Shown: positions 10,187 to 19,969, counted from the first letter of the stretch. The stretch: DNA of 64,000 nucleotides from Blastocatellia bacterium (GCA_046331565.1 JAXLQP010000001.1:1433162-1497161); one strand, 5' to 3'. Notes: a model not told the origin generated them from the letters alone. Numbers and translations are program-made.

Positions 10187-10960
10187 TTACTCCGGCGTCA
10201 CGTAAGCCGCCGTGATTCCTCCGTCAACCAGAAACTCTGTTCCGGTCACATACGACGATTCATCCGAAGCCAGATAGAGCGCGGCGTATGCAATCTCCTT
10301 CGCTTCGCCAAACCTGCCCATCGGAATGTGAACGAGGCGACGCTGTTTTTTCTCGTCGGTGTTGAGATAGCTCATCAGCAGTTCGGTTCTGAGCGGCCCC
10401 GGACAAAGCGCATTGACGCGAATGTTTTCGCGGGCGTGAATGACTGCGAGTTCGCGCGTCATCGAAAGCACTGCGCCCTTGCTCGCGGTGTAGGCAATCT
10501 GCGGCGTCGCCGCGCCGAGCAGCGCCACAAACGAAGCGGTGTTGATGATCGAACCGCCGCCCGCGCGGCGCAGCGCCGGAATGCCGTATTTACAGCCGAA
10601 AAAGACGCCCTTCGCGTTGATGTTCATCGTCTGATCCCAGATCGCTTCTTCGGTCGTCACGGCGTTGTCATCGCTGTGGTGCATAATGCCCGCGTTATTA
10701 AAAAGCACGTTCAGATGCCCGAATTCCTTTTCAGCCACCGCCACCATCAGATTGCAGTCAGCCGCCTTTGACACATCGGCGTGAACGTAAACGGCGCGGC
10801 CTTCGTTTTTTCTGACCATCTCAACGGTTTCATTGCCGCCTTCGTCATTGACATCAGCGACCACGACCGATGCGCCTTCAGCGGCAAACAGCAGCGCCGT
10901 TTCGCGGCCAATGCCGCTGCCACCGCCCGTAATCAGTGCAACTTTGTTTTTCAGTCTCAT
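10187..10960 (-). CDS. SDR family oxidoreductase
   Basis: TGGGSGIGRETA glycine-rich NAD(P)-binding motif; NNAG; YxxxK active-site region. Confidence 0.85.
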   Translation of the reverse strand: MRLKNKVALITGGGSGIGRETALLFAAEGASVVVADVNDEGGNETVEMVRKNEGRAVYVHADVSKAADCNLMVAVAEKEFGHLNVLFNNAGIMHHSDDNAVTTEEAIWDQTMNINAKGVFFGCKYGIPALRRAGGGSIINTASFVALLGAATPQIAYTASKGAVLSMTRELAVIHARENIRVNALCPGPLRTELLMSYLNTDEKKQRRLVHIPMGRFGEAKEIAYAALYLASDESSYVTGTEFLVDGGITAAYVTPE

Positions 10961-10999
10961 AGTATTCCTCAGTTCAAATCAGGCCGTAAAAGAAAGAGT

Positions 11000-11154
11000 G
11001 AACCACGAAGGGAAGAAAGAAGAGGAGAAAAGGGGAAGAGGCGACAGGGAACATCCATGTTGCCGATAGTGTGCCTCACCTTTTCCCCTTTTCTCCCTGT
11101 CACCTTTTCCCCTTTTCTTTCTTCCCTTCGTGTTCTTCGTGCCCTTCGTGGTTC
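11000..11154. repeat. Purine/pyrimidine-asymmetric hairpin element, family D (CACGAAGGGAAGAAAGAAGAGGAGAAAAGGGG...GACAGGGA), copy 1
   Basis: GA-rich arm 11000-11050 pairs with TC-rich arm ~11090-11154 (imperfect, with an inserted CACGAAG unit); related elements at 29494-29692 and 43223-43361. Confidence 0.65.
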
Positions 11155-11191
11155 ATTTCTGTGTGTCAGTGTTTTGTCTTCTGTCGTTTCG

Positions 11192-12583
11192 TCAGATTCT
11201 TTCAAAGTATCGTCTGCGTTCCCAGTCCGTCACAGCGGTATCAAAGGCGCGCTGTTCGGTTCTGAAAAAGTGCGCGTAATGCTCAACCACGTCAGCGCCA
11301 AAAGAAGCTTTGGCAAATTCGCTGTGAGCAAATTTATCGGCGGCTTCGGCCAGGGTGTAAGGCACGCGGGGCAGATGACGCGCCGCGTAAATGTCGCCGG
11401 TGAAACATTCCGGCGGTTCGATTTTATTTCTGATGCCGTCCAGTCCCGAAGCCAGCGCCGCCGCATAAGCCAGATACGGATTGCAGTCTGCGCCGGGAAT
11501 GCGGCATTCAATCCGCAGGCTCTCGCCGTGACCAACGACGCGAAAGCCGCCCGTGCGATTATCGTAACTCCAGGCCAGCCGCGTCGGCGCCCACGAACCG
11601 TCAACGTAGCGTTTGTATGAATTCACCGTTGGCGCATAAAACGGCATCACGTCCGGCACGTGCGCCATCCAGCCGCCCAGGAACCAGCGAAATTCATCAG
11701 AGCACCTGACCGGGCCGAACTGATTTTCTCCGGCAAAAATATTGCTGCCGTCGCGCCACAGGCTGAAATGAATGTGGCAGCTCGAACCGGCGCGGTCAGC
11801 GGCGAACTTGGCCATAAAGGTCACGCTCACGCCCATCTGATCGGCCACTTCCTTCAGGCACTGTTTGTAAACCACATGGCGGTCGGCCATCTCCAGGGCT
11901 GCGGCGTAACGAATGTTGAGTTCGTGCTGACCGAGGCCCCATTCGCCTTTGGAATTTTCAACCGGAACGCCGGAATTTTTCAGGTGCTGACGCGCGGCTG
12001 CGGTGAAAGGTTCGGTGCGCGTGCCCTGCAGAATGTGGTAATCCTCCAGATACCACCCGGCAGGGTCAAAGTGACGATAACCAGTCGTCGCAGCTTCGCG
12101 GTAGCTGTTCTGAAACAGATAGTATTCAAGCTCAGAGGCCGCGAAGCTTTGAAAGCCGGTACTCTGCGCGGCTTCAAGCTGCCGGCGCAGCAGCGAACGC
12201 GGCGCAACTGAAATCAGATCGTGCGTCTTTTCGCTGCTGACATCGCACAGCACGAGCGCCGTTTTCTCAAGCCAGCTTGCCACGCGCAGCGTCGTCAGAT
12301 CGGGCACGAGATGAAAATCACCATAGCCCAGTTCCCAGTTGGCGAATTTGTAACCCGGCACCGGCTCCATTTCCATATCAGTCGTCAGCAGGTAATCGCA
12401 GCCGTGCGTGCCGTGCTGCCAGGTGTCTTCGACAAACATTTCGGCGTCGTACCGTTTGCCGCACAATCGCCCGTAATGATCGGTGAAACCGACAACGACG
12501 GTTTCAATCTCTTCCTCTGCGACCAGTTCGCGCAACTGATCGAGCGTCAGCATTCCTCTGGTTCGTTTTTCCTGTTCTTTCAA
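11192..12583 (-). CDS. Glutamine synthetase family protein (GS-like; gamma-glutamyl-amine ligase candidate)
   Basis: 463 aa with the GS catalytic domain (e.g. ...NSKGEWGLGQHELNIRY...); shorter N-terminal domain, as in PuuA/GlnA3-type enzymes. Confidence 0.75.
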   Translation of the reverse strand: MKEQEKRTRGMLTLDQLRELVAEEEIETVVVGFTDHYGRLCGKRYDAEMFVEDTWQHGTHGCDYLLTTDMEMEPVPGYKFANWELGYGDFHLVPDLTTLRVASWLEKTALVLCDVSSEKTHDLISVAPRSLLRRQLEAAQSTGFQSFAASELEYYLFQNSYREAATTGYRHFDPAGWYLEDYHILQGTRTEPFTAAARQHLKNSGVPVENSKGEWGLGQHELNIRYAAALEMADRHVVYKQCLKEVADQMGVSVTFMAKFAADRAGSSCHIHFSLWRDGSNIFAGENQFGPVRCSDEFRWFLGGWMAHVPDVMPFYAPTVNSYKRYVDGSWAPTRLAWSYDNRTGGFRVVGHGESLRIECRIPGADCNPYLAYAAALASGLDGIRNKIEPPECFTGDIYAARHLPRVPYTLAEAADKFAHSEFAKASFGADVVEHYAHFFRTEQRAFDTAVTDWERRRYFERI

Positions 12584-12647
12584 GCTTGACCTCCACAGGG
12601 CCGGGGTACAGGCGACAGCGAGTACCGGGGCTGATCAGGGCATTTCT

Positions 12648-14570
12648 TCAGGGCTGCTGATCGGCAGCGGGTGGCGGCGGATGCTGATGTTCAGCGCCGG
12701 TTGAATGTTCAGCTTTTTCTGCGCTGCCAGGTTCATCATGACTGCCTTTGCGCGGGCTGGCGGAATGTTCGCTGCTGCTGAAATTTTCGAGCAGTTTGCG
12801 GTGCGCCCAGCGCCACACATCTTCGCTGAAGACTGCCGCCACCAGACAGGTCAGCAGCAGCACATAAGGGTTCGGTTCACTGCCACTCGATGCAAAGATC
12901 GCCAGGCCGCCTTCCACCGCCAGAAAGACGACTATCGCCGCCGACAATCCCCTGATTACCACGCCGGGCAGGTCAGCGACCAGCACACCGTCATTTCCCC
13001 GGCGCACGCGCTCACGCACAAAGGTCGAGCAGGCCGAACCGAGCAACCCGAATCCCAGCAGGCCGGTGATGAGCGCCAGCGACAGCGATTCGGTGCTGAG
13101 CAGCCACCGGGCGACAAAGCCGAACGGCCCCAGGAATGAACCGAGCGCGGGACGTTCGGGCAATCCTTCGAGCGATAATACAGGGCGGCAGGAATCCAGC
13201 GTTTTGCGGTACGACTCGCTCAGCGTCGCCCCGAAAATCACATCGTCCGGCAGTTCGCGCCCGTGCGTGAGGGCATCCTGCAACTGCGAACTCCAGATTC
13301 GCCAGTAAATGTCATTGCTGCCCACAGCCGAGCCGCAGGCGTTGATGCGGCTTTCAAATTCGCTGACCTTCTGCCGGTAAAAAGCCGACAGCGCCAGAAA
13401 GTGCTGCACCTTTTCGCGCCCGCCGATGCGATAGGCATTACTCGCCTCATAGGTCGAGACAATGGCCGATTGCGTGTCCTTCAGGCGGGCCTGCGCATTC
13501 TGCACCAGGTTGCGATATTCATTGAGCAGGTCATCGCGCATGCCTTTATGTCGCAGCAGCAGCGGCTTGACGTATTCAATGTCAACTGCCTGAACGGGCG
13601 TGGGAATGGCAGGCGCTGAAGGCGAAGGCTGCGCGGCTGCGTCAGTTTTCTGCCCGGTCTGCGGTGTGGCTGAAGCCTGGGTTCCTGTCGGCTGAATGTT
13701 CTGCGGCGATGGCGATGGTGAAGCTTGCGCGGCGGGCTTCGCGGCTTCCGTTTCTTTCTGCCTGTCGGAGCGGCTGATCACTTCTTCAAGCGGAGTGAAC
13801 GGATTGATGCTTTTCAGTTCACGGTTCAGGTTGATTTCGGCCTGCTGCCGGACTTCCTCAAGCTGTTGTTTGAGCTTTTCAGGATTGACCTGCTCGGCTT
13901 CAGGCGAAGTCTGCCGCAAACCGGGAATGGCAGTGATGGCAGCGACACTGAGATAACCGGCCAGGGCGAGCACCAGAAAAAAGATCATATTCTGTCGCGT
14001 CACTGGCCTGAGTCCGGCCAGCGCGTCATAAATGCGCCAGTGGCCGGTCGCAGTTCCGCTTTGATCTGCCGCGCCCGGACTGAGAAACCGGGCGATGACT
14101 GCCCACAATGCCAGCATCAGCACCAGTTGTCCCCAGGGCAGCGCCACCGGTTCGAGCGAAAGAATGACGTTGGCCACAGCCCGCCCCCAGCCGGTGAGAA
14201 AAAAGATTCCGCTCTGGGCAATGCAGTTTGTTGTTTCGCTGTCGCGCCCGCACATCTGCCGGATGAATTCCCAGTTCCGGGGCAGTTCAACCAGCACATC
14301 CCTGAACAGCCTGACCACGAGGTTGATCATCGCGCCAATGAATGATGGCAGCACCGCCGGGAAAAACAGCGTCGCCAGACCCAGGCTGATGAGGCGCGTT
14401 CTGAGATCCTCGCCAAACAGGCCGTCGCCGCGCGACCAGATTCTGAAGATGCCCCGGAGCAGCCGGAACATCAGGTAAAGCAGAATGAGCAGCCCCAGCA
14501 GCGACAGCGCCACAAAACAAATGGCAATGATCAGCAGGTGATTTTGTGACTGGTCGTTCATGGCCGTCAC
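12648..14570 (-). CDS. Hypothetical polytopic membrane protein with Pro/Ser/Ala/Gln-rich central region
   Basis: 640 aa, multiple hydrophobic segments at both ends, low-complexity PSPS/AQ linker, charged C-terminal tail; no family recognised. Confidence 0.5.
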   Translation of the reverse strand: MTAMNDQSQNHLLIIAICFVALSLLGLLILLYLMFRLLRGIFRIWSRGDGLFGEDLRTRLISLGLATLFFPAVLPSFIGAMINLVVRLFRDVLVELPRNWEFIRQMCGRDSETTNCIAQSGIFFLTGWGRAVANVILSLEPVALPWGQLVLMLALWAVIARFLSPGAADQSGTATGHWRIYDALAGLRPVTRQNMIFFLVLALAGYLSVAAITAIPGLRQTSPEAEQVNPEKLKQQLEEVRQQAEINLNRELKSINPFTPLEEVISRSDRQKETEAAKPAAQASPSPSPQNIQPTGTQASATPQTGQKTDAAAQPSPSAPAIPTPVQAVDIEYVKPLLLRHKGMRDDLLNEYRNLVQNAQARLKDTQSAIVSTYEASNAYRIGGREKVQHFLALSAFYRQKVSEFESRINACGSAVGSNDIYWRIWSSQLQDALTHGRELPDDVIFGATLSESYRKTLDSCRPVLSLEGLPERPALGSFLGPFGFVARWLLSTESLSLALITGLLGFGLLGSACSTFVRERVRRGNDGVLVADLPGVVIRGLSAAIVVFLAVEGGLAIFASSGSEPNPYVLLLTCLVAAVFSEDVWRWAHRKLLENFSSSEHSASPRKGSHDEPGSAEKAEHSTGAEHQHPPPPAADQQP

Positions 14571-14600
14571 CCTCCTTTCGGGCCGCAGCAGCCGGATCTG

Positions 14601-16118
14601 TTATTTTTCCGGGCTGGTCAGCGTCGGCCTGTCAAATTCAGTCGCAGCCGGATGGTCAGAGTTTTGAGCCGCCCACGCCGGGCCGATAAAACGATGGCGT
14701 TCGTGCAGCACGTACCACAAGGCCAGCGCAACAGTCACCGCCGCAATTGATTTGCCAGCCCGCAGGTTGTCCGGCAGGCTGAGAATGATGCTCAGAAAGA
14801 TGACATACAAAATAGCGATGATATTGATCGCGGCGCTGTATCGCCCAAGATGCCAGGGGCCGCGTTTGATCTGCCGTTCAGTGCCGCTCGCCCGTCGCGC
14901 CAGGTAAACCGGCAGGATGTAGGAAATATAAAGTCCGATGGTGCTGATCGAAGTCACCACCGCATAAGCTCCGCTGTAAACCGCTGCGACAAACGCGGCA
15001 GCCACGCACAGCCAGATGGCCGGAACCGGAGTTGAATGTTTGTGGCTGACCTGCTTCCACACCACTGACAGCGGCAGGCCTTCATCACGCGCAAAGGCCC
15101 AGATCACACGCGAACTCCAGGTCACTGCCGACAGTCCGCAGAACCACATCGCCATTGCCGCGAGCGCCGAAAACAGGCTGCCCGCGCGTTCGCCGAGCGC
15201 CGTCCCTAGAATCGCAATCACCGCCGGAACGTCATTGCCGCTCGCATCCTTTGCATTCAGCACGCCTGAAATATCCCTGATCGAAAGCGTCAGCGCAATC
15301 AGCAGCAGGTAGCCGACCACACCCGACACCACAACCGCCATCAGCATGCCCCAGGGCGCGCGGCGTCGCGGATCAACCGTTTCTTCTGACACGCTTGCCG
15401 AAGCGTCGTACCCCGTGAACGTCCACATCGCCTGCAACAACCCGATGACGAAAGCCCAGCCGTAAGACCAGCCTTCGGTGTTGCTCGTGATGCGCGCAAA
15501 GAAAAATCCGGCGGGCTGTTTCGGCGCAAAAAGCAGCAGCGCGCCGACAATCACAATCACGCCGATGATATGCACCGTCACACTGAAATCATTGAGCCAC
15601 GCCACCAGCCGGATGCCGTAATGATTGATCAGCGCGTGCGAGAGCAGAATCACGGCGTAAACGATCAGCAGATTCTGCGTCGTTGCAGCCAGCCCGATGA
15701 GCGGCGTCACGAACAAAGCGCAGCCGTAATCAATTCCGGCCAGCGCGGCAATCTGCCCGATGATATTGAACCACGCCGTAAACCAGCCCCAGCCTTTGCC
15801 ACCGAGATGACACGACCAGTGATACATCGCGCCCGAAGTCGGCAGCGCCGAAGCGAGTTCGGCCATGCTCATCACGACCGCAAGCGTCAGCAGCGTAACG
15901 AGCGGCCAGCCGAGCGACATCTGCGCCGGGCCGCCCATTTTCAGACCGTGACCGTAAAGCGTCACGGCTCCGGTCAGAATTGAAATGATTGAAAACGAAA
16001 TAGCGAAGTTCGAGAACCCGCCCATGGTGCGAAAGAGCTGCTGGGCATAACCGAGTCGGCCCAGTTCCTGCGCATCCTCGCGGGCATCGTGTGCGGCGTG
16101 ATCCGGGGACTTGTTCAT
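14601..16118 (-). CDS. APC family amino acid/polyamine permease
   Basis: 505 aa, 12 predicted TM segments, typical APC N-terminal motifs (FSNFAISFSIISILTG...). Confidence 0.8.
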   Translation of the reverse strand: MNKSPDHAAHDAREDAQELGRLGYAQQLFRTMGGFSNFAISFSIISILTGAVTLYGHGLKMGGPAQMSLGWPLVTLLTLAVVMSMAELASALPTSGAMYHWSCHLGGKGWGWFTAWFNIIGQIAALAGIDYGCALFVTPLIGLAATTQNLLIVYAVILLSHALINHYGIRLVAWLNDFSVTVHIIGVIVIVGALLLFAPKQPAGFFFARITSNTEGWSYGWAFVIGLLQAMWTFTGYDASASVSEETVDPRRRAPWGMLMAVVVSGVVGYLLLIALTLSIRDISGVLNAKDASGNDVPAVIAILGTALGERAGSLFSALAAMAMWFCGLSAVTWSSRVIWAFARDEGLPLSVVWKQVSHKHSTPVPAIWLCVAAAFVAAVYSGAYAVVTSISTIGLYISYILPVYLARRASGTERQIKRGPWHLGRYSAAINIIAILYVIFLSIILSLPDNLRAGKSIAAVTVALALWYVLHERHRFIGPAWAAQNSDHPAATEFDRPTLTSPEK

Positions 16119-16422
16119 AAGTTTGAAAAGGCGGACGGGACCTGGGGTCGTGATGCTGGCGTTTGGAACTGCTTCCTGCTATGCTGCGCGCCGGTTCACG
16201 CGGTCTTCAACTTTGCATCAGCAACAACAATTCAGCCGGGGAAATCACTCTGAGTTCGCAGACCTGACCTCGATCTGGCGCAGGATTCTAAGTAACCCTC
16301 CCGCGCACGTCAACCAGCAGTCACTTTCCCCTGGCGCACCAGTTGATTTAACGGTCACCTGGCACGCACGTAACTTCATCTGAACATCCGTCCGCTATGC
16401 TGTGCCTCACCAGCAGGATGTT

Positions 16423-16443
16423 CGACAAGCTGCCAGCTTGTCG
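16423..16443. promoter_or_regulatory. 21-bp palindromic operator-like site 1 (CGACAAGCTGCCAGCTTGTCG)
   Basis: Perfect 10-bp half-sites; second copy 54 bp downstream; both lie within 100 bp upstream of the TonB-receptor start. Confidence 0.55.
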
Positions 16444-16476
16444 CCGCTTCACCACAAATGATTCATCACGACGCCA

Positions 16477-16497
16477 CGACAAGCTGGCAGCTTGTCG
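16477..16497. promoter_or_regulatory. 21-bp palindromic operator-like site 2 (CGACAAGCTGGCAGCTTGTCG)
   Basis: Same palindrome with the centre base swapped; ends 22 bp before the ATG 16519, overlapping the expected promoter/RBS region. Confidence 0.55.
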
Positions 16498-16518
16498 GAC
16501 AAGCAATGAGGAGGAATT

Positions 16519-19500
16519 ATGATCACCCGGAAACTGCCGCTTCAACGCGCGCTGCTGCTCCTTGTCACAGTTCTGCTGCTGACCCACGCGAGTTTTGCTC
16601 AGTCAACTTTCGGCGCTCTTACCGGCACCGTGACTGATCCGAGCGGCGCGGTCATTGCCAGCGCCACCGTTTTGATTACCAGCAAAACCACCAGCCTTTC
16701 GCGCACGGCGACGACCAATGCCGAAGGCACTTTTCTCGTGACCAATCTTGATCCGGGGATTTATACCGTCGAAATCAGCTCAACCGGATTTGCGAAATCG
16801 GCGCATACCGTCGAATTGCTCGCTCGTCAGATTGCGCGTGTTGATGTGCGGATGGAAACCGCCGCCACGACCGAGCGAGTTGACATCATCGCGCAAAGCA
16901 CCATCACGACCGAAACGCCGACGATTGCCGATTCAAAATCGGGCCGTGAAATCAGCGAACTCGCGCTCAACTTTCGCGCCACGACTTCACCGAGTCCGAT
17001 TGTCGTCGCCACGCTCGCGCCCGGCGTGCAGCAGGATCGCAGCGGCAATGTCTCGGTCGCCGGCGGCCAGCCTTTTACGACTTCGTTTTCGATTGATGGC
17101 ATTTCAACTCAGAGCGTGCGCGGCGGCAGCGCCGTGCGTGACCTGTTCCCCTCGGTCGAAGGCATCGCTGAATTCAAGGTCAGTTCGATCAACAACAATG
17201 CCGAATTCGGCCAGGTCAGCGACCTGACGACGATTTCGAAAAGCGGCTCGAACGATTATCACGGCACGGCGTTCTGGTTTCATCAGAACAACCGCCTCAA
17301 CGCCACCAACCCGTTCGGCCCCGTCGCCAATGGCAAACGCATTTACTTTCCCGGCCACGCCAACAGCTTCGGCGGCGCATTCAGCGGGCCGGTGAGCATT
17401 CCGAAACTTTACGATGCGCGCAATCGCACGTTCTTCTTCTTCGATTACGAAGGCGTGCGGCGCGGCGACCCGCTGCCGATCAGCCAGTTTGTGCCGCCTG
17501 ATGCCTTCAGAACCGGCGACCTGTCGAGCATCACGACGCCGATCAGGAATCCGTTCACCGGCGGCACGTATGCGAACAATCAGATTCCGGTCAACCCCGC
17601 GTCAGCCAAAGTTCTCGAACTGCTTTACGTCCGGCAGAATCAGGCGACCGGCGCGGCGATCAACCGGCCCAATTTCATTTCCAGCGCGACCAATGTTTAC
17701 ACGGTCAACGGCTGGGATCTGCGCGGCGATCACAATTTCAACGACCGTCACAAAGCCTTTGCCCGCTACACGCACAAGAATGTGCAGACCGCCGGAACTG
17801 ACGGGGGCGGCAATTACAACACGAAGTTCGGCGAATACACTGCCTCTACCGAAGTGCGCAACCTGGCCGGATCGTATAACTGGATCGTGCGCCCGAATCT
17901 GATCAATGAATTTCGCGCCGGTTACACGATCAATGATGTGCTGCAATCCTATCCGCTGGCTTCGCAGGGAGCGCAGATCACGCAGCAGATCGGCCTGACC
18001 GGCCTGCCCAAACCGCCCGCGCTCGGCGGCATTCCGAACTTCAATTTCAGCGACGGCTCGTTTATGCCGACCAACAACACCGGTCGTCCGCATTTCACCG
18101 GCAATCGCACTTACCAGTTCAGCGACAGCCTGACGTGGACGAAGGGCAGCCATACGTTCAAGGGCGGCATTGATTTTCAGAAGCTGAAGTTTCAGGACTA
18201 TCTGAGTTTCTTTGCCGGAGATGATTTCGGCGAATACAGCTTTACGGGTCAGTACACCGGCAATGCCTTCGCTGATTTTCTGCTCGGCCTGCCTTCGGTG
18301 ACGACTTATGCGGCGAACGGCCCCGACGTAAAGCCCTTTGCTTATCACTATGCGTTTTACTTTCAGGATGACTATCGCGTTTCACCGAAACTGACGATCA
18401 ATTACGGACTGCGGTATGAACTGCATCCGCCGTTCAATGATGAAACGAATCAGTTGACCAACTTTGACCGCTTCACCAAAGGCGGGCGCGTCGTCGTGCA
18501 GAATCAGAAAGGCCTTGATCAGGTCGCGCCATCGTTCCGCGTGGACATTGGCAACACGCCGATCCTTCTGGCTAAGGATGCCGGACTGCCTGACACCCTG
18601 CGCCAGACGGACAGGAATGATTTCAACCCGCGTTTCGGTTTCGCTTATCGTCCCTTCAATGACAACAAGACCGTCATTCGCGGCGGAGCCGGGGTTTACA
18701 CCATCACCGTGCTTGGCTCGGTGCTCTATTCGCTCGCGGGCATTGCGACCAGCAACGCGCCGGTGTTTGCCAATTCAGTGACGAATGGTCAGTTCAGATT
18801 GCAGTTGCCAAACGCCTTTCCGTCCGGCACCACGACGGGTTCGGGCGGCATTCCTGATTTCCGGCGCGCCAATCAGACCGACCTGACTGATCCTTATTCG
18901 ATTCAGTGGAACCTGACGGTCGAACGTGAATTGTGGTGGCGCACCGGATTGCGGCTGACTTACACCGGCTCGAAGACCCGCAATCTGATTTACAGTCCCG
19001 ATCTCAACCAGGTGCGACCAAACACGCTTGGTTATGCCGCCGTCAGAAACACGCGGCCTTACCCGAACTTCAATGCCGTGCTGACGCGCGACAACGGGCC
19101 GAGCGCCAAATATCACGCCTTTACGGCTGAATTTTCGCGCCGCTTCAGCAACGGCGTCAGCTTCCAGAATTCGTACACGCTTTCAAAGAACCTGTCGAAC
19201 GCGGGCGGCCCTGCGCCTGGCGGTTTTGCGGCTGAGAACGGCCCGACCACGCTCAATATTTTCGGCATCGCGGACGATTACGGCGATGTCGCGTTCACGC
19301 GTCGTCATCGTTTCCTCAGCACGTTTTTGTGGGAACTGCCGGTTGGTCGCGGCAGGAGATTTCTGAGCGGCATCAACGGCGCGGCGAATCAGGTCATCGG
19401 CGGCTGGCAGATCAACGGCATTCTGCTGCTGCAAACCGGCCCGTACCTGACGCCGACTTTTACCGGCACCGATCCGTCGGGCACCGGCGTGCTGGTGCGC

Positions 19501-19878
19501 GGCGTGACCACCACGCAGCGACCTGACCGCATCGGCAACGGCAATCTCAGCAATCCGACCATTGACGCCTGGTTTGACAAGAATGCCTTCGTGCGTCCGG
19601 CCAATAATATCGGTCGTTTCGGCAATGCCGGAGTCGGCATCCTGCGCGGGCCGGGCACGCAGGTCTTTTCAATGACGCTCGGCAAGCAGTTCGCCATCAC
19701 TGAAAAACTGCGGCTGCGGTATGAGGCGGCATTCTCAAATCTCTTCAATCATCTGAATCCGGATGTTCCCGGCACGCTCAATATCACCGGCGCCGCCTTC
19801 GGTCGCATCACGCGCACGCAGACGGTTGACCAGGCCGGGCCGCGTACCATTCAGATGTCATTGCGACTGTCGTTCTGA
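16519..19878 (+). CDS. TonB-dependent receptor with N-terminal carboxypeptidase-regulatory-like domain
   Basis: Signal peptide; CarbopepD_reg-like N-terminus (GTVTDPSGAVIASATV...TNAEGTFLV); 1119 aa; C-terminal aromatic residue (…RLSF); GGAGGA RBS. Confidence 0.85.
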   Translation: MITRKLPLQRALLLLVTVLLLTHASFAQSTFGALTGTVTDPSGAVIASATVLITSKTTSLSRTATTNAEGTFLVTNLDPGIYTVEISSTGFAKSAHTVELLARQIARVDVRMETAATTERVDIIAQSTITTETPTIADSKSGREISELALNFRATTSPSPIVVATLAPGVQQDRSGNVSVAGGQPFTTSFSIDGISTQSVRGGSAVRDLFPSVEGIAEFKVSSINNNAEFGQVSDLTTISKSGSNDYHGTAFWFHQNNRLNATNPFGPVANGKRIYFPGHANSFGGAFSGPVSIPKLYDARNRTFFFFDYEGVRRGDPLPISQFVPPDAFRTGDLSSITTPIRNPFTGGTYANNQIPVNPASAKVLELLYVRQNQATGAAINRPNFISSATNVYTVNGWDLRGDHNFNDRHKAFARYTHKNVQTAGTDGGGNYNTKFGEYTASTEVRNLAGSYNWIVRPNLINEFRAGYTINDVLQSYPLASQGAQITQQIGLTGLPKPPALGGIPNFNFSDGSFMPTNNTGRPHFTGNRTYQFSDSLTWTKGSHTFKGGIDFQKLKFQDYLSFFAGDDFGEYSFTGQYTGNAFADFLLGLPSVTTYAANGPDVKPFAYHYAFYFQDDYRVSPKLTINYGLRYELHPPFNDETNQLTNFDRFTKGGRVVVQNQKGLDQVAPSFRVDIGNTPILLAKDAGLPDTLRQTDRNDFNPRFGFAYRPFNDNKTVIRGGAGVYTITVLGSVLYSLAGIATSNAPVFANSVTNGQFRLQLPNAFPSGTTTGSGGIPDFRRANQTDLTDPYSIQWNLTVERELWWRTGLRLTYTGSKTRNLIYSPDLNQVRPNTLGYAAVRNTRPYPNFNAVLTRDNGPSAKYHAFTAEFSRRFSNGVSFQNSYTLSKNLSNAGGPAPGGFAAENGPTTLNIFGIADDYGDVAFTRRHRFLSTFLWELPVGRGRRFLSGINGAANQVIGGWQINGILLLQTGPYLTPTFTGTDPSGTGVLVRGVTTTQRPDRIGNGNLSNPTIDAWFDKNAFVRPANNIGRFGNAGVGILRGPGTQVFSMTLGKQFAITEKLRLRYEAAFSNLFNHLNPDVPGTLNITGAAFGRITRTQTVDQAGPRTIQMSLRLSF

Positions 19879-19921
19879 GTCCGTTGTTCTCTGAATTGAA
19901 ACAGCCGCAACGGGCCGTGAA

Positions 19922-19969
19922 AACACGGGGAGCGTGAGTAATCAATTGATCACTCACGCTCCCCGTGTT
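19922..19969. terminator. Perfect palindrome between convergent genes (bidirectional terminator candidate)
   Basis: AACACGGGGAGCGTGAGTAATCAA / TTGATCACTCACGCTCCCCGTGTT, followed by TTGTTT. Confidence 0.6.
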
